This document shows positions 11,543 through 23,305 of a DNA stretch of 64,000 nt, one piece after another; position 1 is the first letter of the stretch, and every line of letters begins with the position of its first letter. The DNA lies in assembly GCA_002269645.1 (NCBI GenBank), contig NIVC01000319.1, forward strand, positions 1-64,000, given 5' to 3'. This stretch comes from Macrostomum lignano. Lineage: Eukaryota. The translations under genes were made by a program, and so were the position numbers. Under the pieces are notes generated by a model. The model was given only the letters and a program-made list of their open reading frames with translations. It was not told the origin of the DNA and ran no database searches.

Positions 11543-12336
11543 TCTAGGGGTTGTAACCTAATGGTTCTGACTCACGATTTGAAGGTCTGGGAGGGGGGGG
11601 GGTTGATTCCCGATTCCACTCGAACAATTGTGTCCTTGAGCAAGACACTTAACTCTGCTTCCTTTTTGTTTATTTTTTTTTGAATCCGTGCTCTTGCCAC
11701 TATGCTCCAACTCGCTCTGGATAGATAGCAATGCTGCCTTTTTCTTCTCCGCGATACCAGGCGTCTTTGCTTTGTCAGCAAGACACGGATGGCGTATTAC
11801 GATATTCACAAACTGCTCGTCGCTGGCATCATCAGTATCCATTTCAGATCAGTGCTTGCTAAGCTGTGTTTGCCATGCTGAGCTATGCGGCTATGCAACA
11901 CTATACTTAGCTTCGATCGTTAGTGAGTGCTGCCGCTTCTCTTGCTGCTGCTGCAGCTCTGCCTGTCTATGGCTTTAAGCAGCCAGGCTGCTGCTCAAGC
12001 GGTTGAGCAATTACTCTGAGTCTGAGTTTTTTGTTTATTCATACTGAATTGTTGCATTTGCTCTGACTCTGAGTATTTACTCAGCCTCGAGAAAATGCTC
12101 CAGCTCAGAGTGCGAGCATTTGCTCAAGAGCATTTGCTGATTTTATTCATACGGCCTATTGCTTCAGTTCACCCAGCTGTAAAATGGGTGCCAGCATTAG
12201 CTAGGGTGTGTGTGGCGACCCCCCAGTCCTTGGGCTGAACAGCCGTACGCAGCCTTCAGATGCGCCGCGCAATAGCTGCGGCTGAGCTGTCGGTTGCACA
12301 TCTGCGAATTGGGGCAGGTGTAATTATTATTATTAT
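11543..12336 (+). mobile_element. tRNA-derived CORE-like SINE split by a ~500-bp insertion
   Basis: Head 11543-11657 and body 12157-12336 match the intact SINE at 50014-50316 (TGTGTCCTTGAGCAAGACACTTAAC ... CAGCTGTAAAATGGG, TTA-repeat tail). Confidence 0.75.
11658..12156 (-). mobile_element. Insertion carrying a MADF (Myb/SANT-like) coding fragment; possible Harbinger-type remnant
   Basis: Absent from the paralogous SINE. Minus-strand FVNIVIRHPCLADK...KKKAALLSIQSEL resembles the MADF pattern LI..V...P.LWD...K..AW..IA.EL. One end reads GGCCGTATGAATAAA, the other is A-rich. Confidence 0.45.
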
Positions 12337-12679
12337 ATCAAAACATTCGGCCAAAAGTCTCCTCAATCGCAACCGTGCTTCTTTATCGATCCATCTCACT
12401 TCAGGCTTGGCAACTCCGGATGCGATGAAAATTCACTTTTCCAGAATTAATCCGACCCAGTAACTAAAACAAATATTGCCAGCGAAGTAAAACTCTACTG
12501 GTTGCTTGTTTAATTGACATAGAGAAATAACATTCCAAAGGTGTAGGCTATATAAGTTTGTTGCCGTCATTAGTCCACAGCCCTTCTTACTTAGCCAACT
12601 AAATGGATGATTTTTACCTGCAGATAGCTGCAGTCCAGTTAGCAAATGATAAAGTTACTTGCGATGTGTTTAGCTAGAT

Positions 12680-12730
12680 ATGGCGCCATCTTCAGTGTGA
12701 GAGGTGCAGATGTTTTGTTACTAGTAAGTT
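12680..12730 (+). promoter_or_regulatory. Putative non-coding first exon of SIDT-like gene 1 (YY1-like ATGGCGCCATCTT, donor GTAAGT at 12724)
   Basis: Motif and donor conserved at 50621-50670; a pyrimidine-rich acceptor (CTTTCAG) precedes the ATG of all three paralogs. Confidence 0.4.
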
Positions 12731-13414
12731 CTGTCCCTATTGACAGCCAATCCGTGAAGTGTACTTCCTGTGCACACTGCAAAAAGCTGTAGCTACAAGT
12801 GGTTTTAGAGCTTGACTCTCAGAATGCTTATCTATTCAATAGTTTAATTATTATATTCAGCATAAAAAACAAAGCGCATTCCCTTGCTTTCAAGACTCTG
12901 CCTTTCTCGAATTATGCCAGTATATTTTGCGAACTCGACTCGCTAAGAAAACTCTGGTCTGCATTATGTAAGTTACGAGATACGTATTTCCATCAGTGCT
13001 TAGCCTAATAATTCACTGATTGCACGTCAATCTGTGATAACTTACAACTTAGAATTTTTAATTTGCACCTTTGTCAGCTGGTTTCGTAGCACAGATAATA
13101 GAATACTGATAACTAGACATGTCACTCGCAATTAAAGTAATGGAAAAGTAGATTTACTCTTGTCTGCGCGGTTTCGCTTAAATTTGACACGTTGTGACGT
13201 GTCTACTTAGTATATTACTGTATCTTTGTTAAGAGGTATTACAGTTGATATGTTATTTTTGACAAGTAGGCGCATATATCTCTAGAAAAAGCAATTAAAG
13301 TTATCTGCTAATGCCATGACTTAGAGTAAGGATCACTCTCTTGCGCGATACTGTGACTGAGACCAAAACGTTCTATCGAAAATTTGAACAAAACCTTAAT
13401 TATCGTTCGAACGA

Positions 13415-13540
13415 ATGTTGGGGCAGTGGAGATGCAGGGGCAAAGGGGTGTTGGGGCAGAATGGTGTTAGGGTAGAGAGGGTGTTGGGGCGAAGGGGTGT
13501 TGAGGCAAAGTGGTTATTGGGGCAGAGGGGGTATTGGGCA
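13415..13540 (+). repeat. G-rich degenerate tandem repeat (GGGGCA..GGGGTGTT), G-quadruplex-prone; shorter copy at 51310-51390
   Basis: Closely spaced GGG/GGGG runs. Confidence 0.55.
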
Positions 13541-13749
13541 CAAAATTTTAGTTATAATAAGTGATAATTAATTTCGTCTTTAAAATGAGTTAGCAGGAAA
13601 AATTGAAAATATTTAGTCAGTTTCACTCTGACCAATTGTCCTGTTGAAAGGCAGAAAAACTTATCCAAAATCAACTCTCTAAACTTGTGACGGCAAGCAA
13701 TTCATACCTTTAACAAATCATTCTCTCCTTTCAGAAACTGGCGATCCCG

Positions 13750-16700
13750 ATGACTCGGCTGTTCTCAACGCTTAAGCTGGTGCTGTTGCTGGCATTCCTG
13801 GTTCTGCCATCGCAACCAGCTGCAGCTCAAACTCAACCGACACTTCCGCTTGATCAAGCCCACAACTTTACCATCAGCTCTAAAAGTGCACTCGAAGTTC
13901 TTGTGAAATATACTCAGCCTGAAAATGAAACTGTAGCTCTTCGATTGGAGACGACCAGCTACTCGAATGCGTCGCTTCTTGTGGTCGTCAGGCAGCAACT
14001 GACACTGCACACCTGGTTGTTGCCATACACCTTTGTTGATGTGAGCAGCACTGGCGAACAGAGCGCTGTAGAGAGATTCCAGTCGGTGACCAGGACCATC
14101 TGCCCACCGCATTTGAGTCCTCAGACACCTGATCAGCAGCAGCAGCAGCAGCAGCAGGTGTATCTGCGGGTGACTACCGAGTCGGCTGCGCCCATCACTG
14201 TGGGTGCCAGAGCTCAACTCGCTTCGAATTTCCGACTGTCGCTTGGAGAGCCGGTTCAGGTTCTGCTGCAGCCGTCCGGTCCGCAGCTCTTCTTCTTCGA
14301 CTTCGACTCAGGCCGAGCAAACTTCACGGAACTGAGAGCCGTCCGCATTCTGGTCGAGTCGAACGACTCCGCATGCGGTTTGGTGTCCGTGCAGAGAAGC
14401 CGCTGCCCCGCTGATCAGGTGCCGCCGTCCGTGCTCCAGCGAGGCTTCAGACAGACGCTGCTGTCCAGCTCCGTCATCTTGATGAGGCGTGACGAGTTTA
14501 ACTCCAGCTTCCTTGTGGTGCTGACGGCGTTTCCGGACAACCGAAACTGCCTTGCCAACTGGGAGCAGGAGCGGCGACAGCGGTTTCCCAGCAAGAGCGT
14601 CACGATCAAGGTTGAGCAGATCGCCATGCCCGACTCGGCAGAGTGGGCACTTGTTGGTTTGACTTTTCTTTTAGGCGTTATAGACTGCGCTGTGGCGATA
14701 CTTGTGGCTATTATTTTTTATGATCAAAGCTGCAAACTTACTATTTTGAGCATATTGGCTTTTGTATCTTTCTACTTCTCTGTGATAAGTTTCGCTCTTT
14801 CCTTCGTTGTTTTGCTTCTTTGGTTTTTCAAAAAGCTACTCTGTTTTGTTATCTTGCTTGTTTTAGGTCTTATCCTGCTTGTAGTTGCTGTTATTGGATA
14901 CCTGTGTGGGAATTCGTTAACAGTGTTTGATCAAATTAAAGATGAAGAAGACTCTCGTCATGTTATTGCTTGTGGCTGCGGATGCGATTGCAATTGCAGT
15001 TTCAGCTTGTACTGCATGCAATTCCAGTGCTGCGGCAACGACCAGCCCGATCCTCCTGTGAATATCAATGCTGGCAACGACCAGTCCGATCTTCCTGTGA
15101 ATATCAATGCTGGCAACGACCAGTCCGATCTTCCTGTGAATATCAATTCTGGCAACGACCAGCCCGATCTTCCTGTGAATATCAATGCTGGCAACGACCA
15201 GCCCGATCTTCCTGTGAATATCAATTCTGGCAACGACCAGCCCGATCTTCCTGTGAATATCAATGCTGGCAACGACCAGCCCGATCCTCCTGTGAATATC
15301 AATTCTGGCAACGACCAGCCCGATCCTCCTATGAATATCAATGCTGGTAACGACCAGCCCGATCCTCCTGTGAATATCAATACTGGCAACGACCAGCCCG
15401 ATCCTCCTGTGAATATCAATGCTGGCAACGACCAGCCCGATCCTCCTGAGATTAACGATGCTGGCAACCAAGAACAGCCAGAAAGGCAGCAAAAAATGCA
15501 TCATGCCAGCCTCGTGATGCAGCTGACGGCCCTAGCCATCTTCTACTGCCTGCCAGTTTTTCAGCTGGTGCTGCTCCAGCAGGACTCCATCAGCTCCGTC
15601 GGAAACTTGGATGAGTGCTACTATAACTTCAAGTGCCGCTTTTATGTAAAAACAGAGCTGACGACATTTTTTGCATTCAACAATGCGGTTTCGAATGCGG
15701 GCTACGTAACGGCCGGAATAGTGTTCATGGTGGTTGTCCTTTGGAAGCAACTTTTCCATGACCAGACACAGGTGAGATCTCTGGTTAGCCTAGTTACCCT
15801 AAATACATGTGAACTTTAAAACAAAGTTGTTGCCCTTAAGTTTACTTTTTTCTACCCTCCTAAAACTAACTAAAGCTAAAAATGACTAAAACTACCAAAT
15901 GCTTTTGCATCTTATCTACTTTAGGCAGCTGTTCAAGAGCCAAAGATCTCCATTCCTCGCAGCTACTCGGCTCACTACGCTGCCGGTCCGGCGCTGCCAA
16001 CTGATCAAGAACCACTAGAGACTACGACTGAGAATCCGCCACTTGTCACACATCACCCGAGGGCTCCAGACCGGTCGTCATTCCTCGCTGCTACTCGGCT
16101 CACTACGCTGCCGGTCTGGCGCTGGCCATGGAGGGCGTGCTCTCCGCCTGCTACCACATCTGCCCGTCGCACAACACCTTCCAGTTCGACACGACCTTCA
16201 TGATCATGCTTTCCAGCATGCTGGGCCTGGCTGTCTACAGCAAGCGGCACCTCAGCTCCGGCTCGGTCGCCAACGTCACCTTCGTTGCGTTGGGCGTCAC
16301 GGTGCTGGTGAACTCGCTGGGCATTCTGTTCTCCTTGATTAACCGAAAATTCGTGTTTGGCCTGCTGGGTGGTGTGCTGCTGCTACTGGCTGTTATTTCT
16401 TTGATCGTTCGGAAAAAGCAGTTGTTGCAGCATTTTCTTACGTTCTTAGCTGCTTTTGTCTGTTTTGCCGCTGGAATCGCCAGTTTTCTAGTTGGATTTC
16501 TACATGAACATTTTCTATTTGCAAATTTCCTTCTGGCTGTGACTGCCGGATCTGCAAGTCTATACTTCCTTTATTACTGCATTCGAAAGTGTTGCAGAAA
16601 GACGAGACCCAGGGAAAATATGCCACTTGGAAAGCTCCGCTGCCGAGGAACTGCTGTGGTCTTTTTTTTCTTGTTTTTTGTCAGCTTTTCCGTCTGGGCC

Positions 16701-16922
16701 GCAGTCTATTTCTTCAAAGCTCCAACCGAATGGGAAGGCAGCCCGGCTGAGTCCCGAGAATCCAACAACGACTGCTTGTGGCATCCGCTTGGCCTGCCGT
16801 TCGACCAGCACGACCTGTGGCATCTGATCGGCTCGCAGGCGCTGCTCTGCCTGCTGCTCTTCGTTCTCTTCATGGACTTCGATGAAGAGCGACAGGAGCT
16901 CGCGGCAGACCGGATTTTCTGA
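13750..16922 (+). CDS. SID-1/SIDT-family transmembrane protein, paralog 1 (apparent 1-nt deficit early in coding exon 2)
   Basis: Exon 13750-15771 (donor GTGAGA), exon from 15925. Signal peptide; FYCLPVFQLV, CYYNFKC, FNNAVSNAGY, ALAMEGVLSACYHICPSHNTFQFDTTFM, SPAESRESNNDC, FDQHDLWH, DFDEE. 15925-16127 is 203 nt, one short of frame (near CATCACCCGAG, 16051-16061), unless a rare GAG acceptor at 16061 is used. Confidence 0.88.
15037..15465 (+). repeat. Coding 39-bp tandem repeat x11 (NDQPD[P/L]PVNIN[A/S]G)
   Basis: Directly visible in DNA and protein. Confidence 0.95.
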
Positions 16923-18189
16923 GCCAAAGAAGTTGAAAAAAGAAAAAACTGATCTGAAATTGTTTTTGGATTTCCCAAGTGGCATTACTGCATGTGTTGC
17001 CTGCTCTAGGCTGGGCTTGTAGCTTTGAAGCAGTGCTTGGGATATTTTGCTGTTCACAGTTTGAAGCTTTAGATAAATTTTTGGTTTGATCAAAGAGGTA
17101 GGCAATAAAATCCGACAGTCTACACACAAGTAGTTCCCATTATTCATATTCAATGATATTCAGAAATTATATTTTTAATCTTTGTATCTGCGCCGTTACT
17201 GAACTAGCCGTAATTGACAACCGTTTGATTTGTAGGTCACCGCTTTTTATGCCTAGCAAAGCTTATATTAATACGGATCCGTTTTAGATGATAAAATATT
17301 GTAGAAGTCCCAATATTTATTTCTTCCAGTATCCAAATATATGGTAATTTTCAACTTATCTGGGCGTCAGAAATTTATTCAGAACTTTATTAACCGCACA
17401 CACGTTATTAGCCTGGCTAATCTAATAAACTCATTTTCCCCGAGTTGTGCATGACTTGAAGCGGAAACTTGATTGAGGTGTCAGTGTACCTGTGGTCAAC
17501 GTGTCAACTAATTGTTTTGCTGCTTACATTCTGGGGCAAAAAGTTCACATGACCGAGGACCGCACACTTCGCAGGCTTGGTGTTATTTTCACTAAGCTCA
17601 AGATCAACGTTTTTTTGACCAGCAAGGGTTTTTTTTCGTGAATTTTCCGAGTTCGTGACGCCCACTGTTTTTGACGGTGTAAAATTTGCAGCGAGTGAAT
17701 GCGAACCGCATCTGATAATCAAAAGCCAGTTTTGATTCACGTCAGTTAGCTTTGGAACCCTAGAACTCCAAGCCATGGTCCCTGTCGGAACATCCACAAT
17801 AACCGTAGGAATAATAAGCCATTTCCCTCATTAGAACTACCAAGGGGGGGGGCAAGCACACGAAATTCAAGAAATCAACTATTTGTTGCGCACCTTCTCG
17901 AACAAGAACCAAGCCGCCAGCCCTCCGGACCGTCGATATATTCGACGATTCTGCCAAAAAGTCGGATTTTTTCCATAAGCGCCAGTGTATTCAGTACACC
18001 CCTGTGCACCACTAAGCACTGCGCCTTAGTGCAGCCTTGCCAAGCCTTCAAACTTCATCAGCATGTCAACCACATGTGTCTGCATATATCGGCTCTGACT
18101 TCGTTCGTCACTGGCCTTTACCCAGGCGGAGCTTCTGGCGTTTCAACAAGTGGCACCAGGAGACTATGGACACGCTGTTGCAAAGGGCT

Positions 18190-18375
18190 TGTCAACTTAA
18201 GCTCACAATTGAGCCCATTTTTGAGCTCATATCTGAGACCTGAGTAACCTATGTACAAAAGAGATACGTCATTCTGCTCACAGTGACACGAGGAAGCAGA
18301 GTTTGGCAGAAAAGCGACAAAATTGGACTTTGGCGAACAAGCATGGGGATAATTAGGAACTATTGTGTCAACTTA
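18190..18375 (+). repeat. Dispersed repeat, second copy of 275-435
   Basis: TCATTCTGCTCACAGTGACAC.AGGAAGC and flanking blocks shared. Confidence 0.6.
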
Positions 18376-18379
18376 AACT

Positions 18380-20060
18380 CGTAAAGTAGAGTGCTTACCA
18401 CCGCAGCGCTCGCAACCATTGTGGATGAGCGATCCAGAGATTAGAGAGGCCAAAGATTGAGTACAGCGACTCAGGAGGACCTGCGCTCCTGCGCTCCCTA
18501 ATGCGCTAGCGCTGCCTCCTGTCATGACACTCGGCTGCCGCGTCCACACAGATTTTCTGCACTGGACATTTGAACGCAATCAACGTTCGCTCGCCAAGAA
18601 GATTCCTCTTCTTGCCCCGACGAAGTTCCCAACGAGGTGCTCAGACTGCCCAAGGTCGCCCAAGAAATCGCCAGGGTGATCAACAACGTTCTTGACACAG
18701 GCGTCGCACCTCCGGAGGGGACCCGTGCTACATTGTGGCAATCCCCAAAAAGCCAGGCACCAACAAGATTGAAGAACATCGGGGCATCTCCCTGGTGTCC
18801 TGTGCGGCGAAGCTGTATAACAAGCTGCTACTGTCGCGCTTGCAGCCAGTGCTGGACCCTTACCTGCGGCACAAGCGGAATGGGTTTGGACCGCGACGCG
18901 GTATGGTTACACAAATTCTGGCACTCCGGAGAATTATCGAGCAATCGCGCATTCGCCAGGTGGACCTCTTCTGTCTGTTCATCGACTTCCTGAAGGCTAT
19001 TGACTCGGTCGCTCGAGATGTGATACCATTAGTTCTTTAAGCCTACAGTGTACCAGAGAAGCTGAGCGCGGCGGTGATGGCGCTCTACCAAGACACTCTC
19101 ACTGCTGTGATCAGAAGTGACGGCCTCTCCGACTTCTTCACCACCACATCTGGAGTCCTGCAAGTAGACATCTTTGCTCCCTTCCTGTTCATCCTCATCC
19201 TGGACTGGGTGTTGCGGACAACATCTTATGCAGGCGAACGAGCATTCAGCGGCCGGAGAAGCGGCTGGCTTTCCTTAGCTACTCTGACGACCTCGCCTTT
19301 CTGGCATCCACTGCTGCCAGTGCTCAACGCCTCCTTAACGGCCTAGCTGCTGCTGCTGCGAGGGTCGGCCTCAAGATCAACGGACGGAAGTCCTGACTGT
19401 CCCAACTCTCCTCCAACCAATGGACATTCGCCTCCTCAGCTGGAACAGCACGGCGGCAGCACCGCTCCCCGATGCGGGCAGTTCCGGTACCTTGGCGGTC
19501 TCGTTCCCAGCGTCCATGAGGACCTGTGGCACCGCAGAAGGCTCGTGTGGGCGGCTTTCCGCTCAGTGCGTTTCGTGCTCCAAAGCGACGCCCTGTCGGA
19601 CCAGCTGAAAGCCCGACTGATTCAGGAGATCGTGGAAACGGTGCTCCTCTACAAAGCCTAGACATGTACCATGACAGAGGTCCTGGAGCGATAACTGGAC
19701 GCGGTGTACTCCAGCCTGCTACGCTCAGCCTTCAACATCCACCGTGACGCCGAACATGTCACCAACCAGGTCCTTTATTAACGGGCCTAGCTGAGCCCTC
19801 CCAGCGTGACCCTGCGACAGCGACGCCTGATGCTGGCGGGTCACGTCATCCGCGCCGAGTCATACTTTTCGGAGCCGCTGCATGAGGTCCTGCTGTGGAC
19901 ACAGCGGGTCCCTTTTCGGCCAGGATAGGCGCGGACCCGGAGGCTCGTCGACTGTTTGACAGAAGACGCTAAGTCGCCTCACCAGGCCAATGGTGCTGCT
20001 TTTATCAGAGACTGTGCAACTAAGCGTGACATTGTCCCCTTTTCCTGACAGTGACGACTT
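18380..20060 (+). mobile_element. Degenerate, 5'-truncated RTE-like non-LTR retrotransposon (RT domain)
   Basis: IPKKPG...HRGISLVSCAAKLYNKLLLSRL, NGFGPRRG...QILALRRIIE, FIDFLKAIDSV, GVLQVDIFAPFLFILILDWVL across frameshifts and stops. Confidence 0.85.
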
Positions 20061-20084
20061 TGTGGTCGGTGGACTTTGTGTTCT

Positions 20085-20617
20085 ATTGTATTGTATTTTA
20101 TTGCGTTGTGTTGTGTTGTATTGTATTATATTGTATTGTATTGTATTTATTGTATTGTATTTATTGTATTTATTGTATTGTATTTATTGTATTGTATTTA
20201 TTGTATTGTATTGTATTTATTGTATTGTATTGTATTGTACTGTATTGTATTGTATTTATTGTATTGTACTGTATTGTGTTGTATTATATTGTACGGTATT
20301 GTATTTATTGTATTGTATTTATTGTATTGTATTTATTGTATTGTATTTATTGTATTGTATTTATTGTATTGTATTTATTGTATTGTATTGTATTTATTGT
20401 ATTGTATTGCATTGTATTGTATTGCATTGTATTGCATTGTATTGTATTGTATTGTATTGTATTGTATTGTATTTATTGTATTGTATTGTATTTATTGTAT
20501 TGTATTGTATTGTATTGTATTTATTGTATTGTATTGCATTGTATTGTATTGTATTGTATTGTATTGTATTGTACTGTATTGTATTGTATTGTACTGTATT
20601 GTATTGTATTGTATTGC
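20085..20617. repeat. (TATTG)n microsatellite with TATTTATTG variants, ~530 bp
   Basis: Direct reading; source of the spurious Cys/Tyr/Ile ORFs. Confidence 0.98.
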
Positions 20618-22260
20618 CGACCTGATGGAAAATTCCGGCTCCAATTTCGTAGTTCGAAGAGTCGCACTCCAAGAACAGCTCCGCTGCTGCATCATGCTGC
20701 TGCATCCTAAACGAGCCAGGACGTTCGGTTGGACCAGAAGACGCTTGCAGGTCTCGAAAGCCGTCTTTGGCGCCTGTCCCCAGCGCCATAGGGTTTCCTT
20801 TTTGAGCATCTGCTGAAGCGAACTCAAGACTGTCGAAAAGTTAGGCAGAAAATTTCCGTAGTAATTCACGAGACCCAGAAAACTCCGCAGCTGCGTCAGG
20901 TCCGTGGGCTCAGGCGCATCCACTATGGCTTGGACCTTGTCCTTCAGTGGATGAAGGCGGCCTTCCGAGTCAATGCGGTGTCCCAGGTACGCCACTGAAT
21001 CTTGCATGAAAGCGCACTTCCCACGGCTGCAGTCAAGCCAGCGCCCTTAAAAACGGAGAGCGCCCTGAGCTTGCTGCAGTCCTGTCCAGTGACGATGACT
21101 TCGTCCATGAATGCAGCGCAGTGAGCAACGCCATGCAGCAGGCCGTCCATGACCCTCTGGAACATGCTTGGCGCCGTCGATACCGAATGGAAGCCTCGAG
21201 TATCGAAGAAGCCCAAATGGGGGTATCTGAGAGAAGGTCTGACTCAGATTCAGCTTGGTAAACTTCTTGCCTCCGGCGAGTCTCGAGAACAATTCGTCAA
21301 TTTTTGGCAGTGGTTACGTGTCCGAATTAAAAGAAGCGTTGACGGTCTGTTTAAAATCGGCGCAAACCCGATCTGATCCCCATCCGATTCATTACAGGAA
21401 GGATCGGCAACGCCCATTCTGAGGACTTCATGAGGTACAGCACTCCCTGCAGCACCTCCTTGTTCAGCTGCTGCTCGACGTTGGTCTTCAGTGAGAACGG
21501 AATGGAGCGGGCCTTGCAGAACCGAGGCCTGACATCCGGCTTCAGCTCTATCGATAGTGGCGTGCCTTTGAATGCATCGAGGTCACCAAACACCTCGACG
21601 AGTTCGTCCAGTAGCCTGCTGGACTGCCAGTCGAGTTGCAGCTGCCGCAGCCAGTCGCAGCCGAGCAGACTTGGGCCTTGCGACTTGCTGAGGGCAATTC
21701 CAACTTACCGAGCACTTTAACGGAGTGTCCGGAGTATGTGCTCAGCTGGTCAGTTGATGGGCTTAACTCGGGGCCGCCGTGCAGGACATCCTTGTAGGTG
21801 CGCTCCGATATCAGCGACACGGAAGCTCCAGTGTCAACCTCCATACGGTACGGACGTCTGTCGATGAAAACAGTTGTGATGATCGGGGGCACAGCTTCGC
21901 TGCGCGCGGAGGCGGAACCAAGTTGATGCAGAAAGTACGGCTCGTCTTGAATTTTTTCAGCGGTTGTCGCCTCAGAAACTTGCTGCGGCTTGGTTTGGCT
22001 GAGGCTGATTTCTACAAGCCCTGGACACCTCTCCATTTTTGTGGCACCGGAAGTACTGCTTTTCGATGAACAAACACTTTTGCAACATGTGCCTTGTCGA
22101 CAGGCACCTGCTGCATCGCCTCTGATCAGCTGTATCTTGAGAACTGTATTCTCGGTCTTGCTGCTCTCGCTGGTCCCAGTGACTGATTGGTCCTGGTCCC
22201 AATGGTCCCAATGACCTTGCAGTTCTTTGTTGCCGACTCTTGTAGTAAATGGTTATCGTA
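20618..22260 (-). mobile_element. Decayed Ty3/Gypsy (Mag-like) gag-pol fragment
   Basis: Zn-knuckle remnants (C..C.STRH...C; FRCHKNGEVSRAC), protease MEVDTGASVS, RT (SEWALPILPV, RLPFG, APSMFQRVMDGLL, AFMDEVIVTG, VAYLGHRID, LRSFLGLVNYY); many frameshifts; no LTR seen. Confidence 0.85.
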
Positions 22261-22338
22261 GCACACACGCAGTGACTGACTGTGGAGGCTTGAAAATGCG
22301 GCGTCCAAAACCCAGTTTGGCAGTTTGGCAAAAGGCTT

Positions 22339-22437
22339 ATTCACACTGGCAATCAAATGAGTTACCAAATCATACGACCACTGACAATTGGTAATCGTGT
22401 GATTTGGTGGCTCATATATTTGTATGCCAGTGTGAAT
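22339..22437. repeat. ~100-bp fold-back (MITE-like) element
   Basis: ATTCACACTGGCA ... TGCCAGTGTGAAT arms with inner CCAAATCATACGA / TCGTGTGATTTGG. Confidence 0.6.
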
Positions 22438-22728
22438 TTTTAGTCAGTTGTCGGATTGCAAGTTGGGGTGGTGGTCGCTTAGTGTTGAATTTCCAATTGT
22501 CTGTGCCCGCCTGATGAGTCACCACACAAATGCAAACCAACAAACAAACCCTCACCAGTTATCAGTAGGCCGTAGGGAAAGGACAGTTATACTATTGGTC
22601 TTGTGCCAATGGTGCCACTGTCACAGTGCTGATGTTGTTGACTCGCTTTTAGCAATCCCAATCGATTCTCCAATTTGAAGTATGAACACTTGAGTTCTTT
22701 ATCCTTAGGGTAGGACCTCCAAATTAAT

Positions 22729-23305
22729 CAAATGTTTTTGAATAATGTGTTGCGGGGGTGTGCCCCTCTGACGATGACTATGATCGTTGATGTTGCTGTT
22801 GAATCAAATAAGTCGGAGGTTCGATTTGTTTCTCTCGATCTCTAACCTTCAACAAGATGTTTATTACTAATCAATGTTAGTAGCAATTCCTAATAGGATA
22901 TTGATCACGCAATTACGCAAATTTGTTAAGCAATTCAGTGAAAATGGAGCCACAGGCTACTTATCGGTATTGTTGCACGAATTGACGTTTGTCCGGATTT
23001 ATCTCTGTTAAATCGGGATATTAGAGTTCAGGCCCGATTGTTGGGGCAAGCTAGCGGAGCAGTTGAGGAGGCAAAGAGGCGGAGAGCCGAGAACCGGGAA
23101 AAAACTGGAGAGAGGCTTCATTCTCACTGAACGCTAGTATATATATGATTTCTATAACGCATTTCATTGGTGTTCGCTTCACGCAATAGGATCTTTACTG
23201 GTGCACAAGCATGTGCTGTACTTTCCTGATAGAAAAACCTTCTGAAGTTCGCATTAGACTAAAAAATAACATTGGGCATAACATGCTTAAATTAAGATCA
23301 CTTCA
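22729..23305 (-). repeat. 3' LTR
   Basis: Matches 35538-36114; on the element strand, TATATATA near 23137-23146 and AATAAA at 22860-22865; purine-rich GAAATAAGGGCAA immediately inside (weak PPT). Confidence 0.95.

Larger units (their letters stand above)
10252..18175 (+). repeat. Tandem segmental unit 1 (orphan TM gene + SINE + SIDT-like gene + 3' tail)
   Basis: 10252-~15800 colinear with 48715-~53800; ~15400-18175 colinear with ~44640-47290. Boundaries approximate. Confidence 0.85.

Noticed and set aside
15037-15465. Regular repeats as a possible CRISPR array (also 52931-53370, 55647-56095)
   Set aside because: Head-to-tail tandem units with no unique spacers, eukaryotic context, no cas genes.
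14917-15504. Antisense repeat ORFs over the SIDT 39-bp arrays (also 52715-53426)
   Set aside because: Shadows of the sense-strand coding repeat.
19990-20816. Long Cys/Tyr/Ile/Val-rich ORFs
   Set aside because: Translations of the (TATTG)n microsatellite.
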